Part shown: in pieces, positions 63,791 to 64,000 of the stretch
How positions within the stretch are numbered: the first letter of the stretch is position 1
Layout: the number at the start of each line of letters is the position of its first letter
Assembly: GCF_009914755.1 (NCBI RefSeq)
Contig: NC_060942.1
Strand: one strand, 5' to 3'
DNA: 64,000 nucleotides
DNA from: the human T2T-CHM13v2.0 reference genome, Homo sapiens
Translations under genes and position numbers: made by a program
Notes under the pieces: generated by a model
Told to the model about the DNA's origin: nothing
The model's input: only the letters and a program-made list of their open reading frames with translations
Database searches by the model: none

Positions 63791-64000
63791 AGAAGCATTC
63801 TCAGAAACTTATTTGAGATGTGTGTACTCAACTAAGAGAATTGAACCACCGTTTTGAAGGCGCAGTTTTGAAACACTCTTTTTCTGGAATCTGCAAGAGT
63901 ATATTTGCCTAGCCTTGAGGATTTCGTTGGAAACGGGATTGTCTTCAGAGAAAATCTAGACAGAAGCATTCTCAGAAACTTCTTTGGGATGTTTGCATTC

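Larger units (their letters stand above)
1..64000 (+). repeat. Centromeric alpha-satellite HOR array, dimeric A/B organisation; probably human chr18 D18Z1 (S2C18H1L)
   Basis: Seen: continuous ~171-bp monomers with alphoid hallmarks (CATTCTCAGAAACT, TTTGAAACACTCTTTTTGT, GGAATCTGCAAGTGGATATTTG) and a CENP-B box in every second monomer. The 2035-bp period is also visible in the ORF track (102, 2137, 4172...). Known: a 12-mer HOR with EcoRI fragments of ~0.68 and ~1.36 kb is characteristic of D18Z1. Alpha satellite is certain; the chr18 assignment is about 0.85. Confidence 0.99.

Noticed and set aside
1-64000. CRISPR-like array (recurring CAGAAGCATTCTCAGAAACT with intervening sequence)
   Set aside because: The intervening sequences are homologous ~150-bp monomer bodies, not unique spacers. 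There are no cas genes or leader.
1-64000. Transposon insertion, inversion or unique embedded sequence
   Set aside because: Unit lengths account for all of 61-63790 (23x2035 + 4x2709 + 2707 + 2x1691 = 63730), and all CENP-B boxes lie on the same strand.
1-64000. A previously undescribed biological system
   Set aside because: Everything seen fits known alpha-satellite biology. Only the specific variant arrangement and duplication history may be unreported, and I cannot verify that without a database comparison.

Overview
The whole 64 kb window is one uninterrupted, head-to-tail primate (most likely human) centromeric alpha-satellite higher-order repeat (HOR) array on the + strand. I found no genes, RNA genes, transposon insertions or inversions. 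The base unit is a 2035-bp 12-monomer HOR with alternating CENP-B-box (B-type) and pJalpha-like (A-type) monomers. Its two EcoRI sites give 675- and 1360-bp fragments, which fits the chromosome 18 active array D18Z1 (SF2, S2C18H1L); that assignment is from recall, not alignment. Positions 61-63790 hold 30 complete units: 23 canonical 12-mers, five 16-mers (2709 or 2707 bp) and two 10-mers (1691 bp). All ORFs in the track are artefacts of translating the repeat. I found no evidence of a new protein-coding or CRISPR-like system. The notable signal is the array's recombination history. Near-identical segments inside the HOR explain both structural variants, and shared SNVs show nested super-HOR duplications with periods of 4070, 6105, 6435 and 6779 bp, plus a rare junction that recurs 40,341 bp away. 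A CENP-B-box-inactivating allele travels with that junction. Monomer labels M1-M12 and unit labels U1-U30 are my own, with U1/M1 starting at position 61. SNVs were read by eye and the list may be incomplete.
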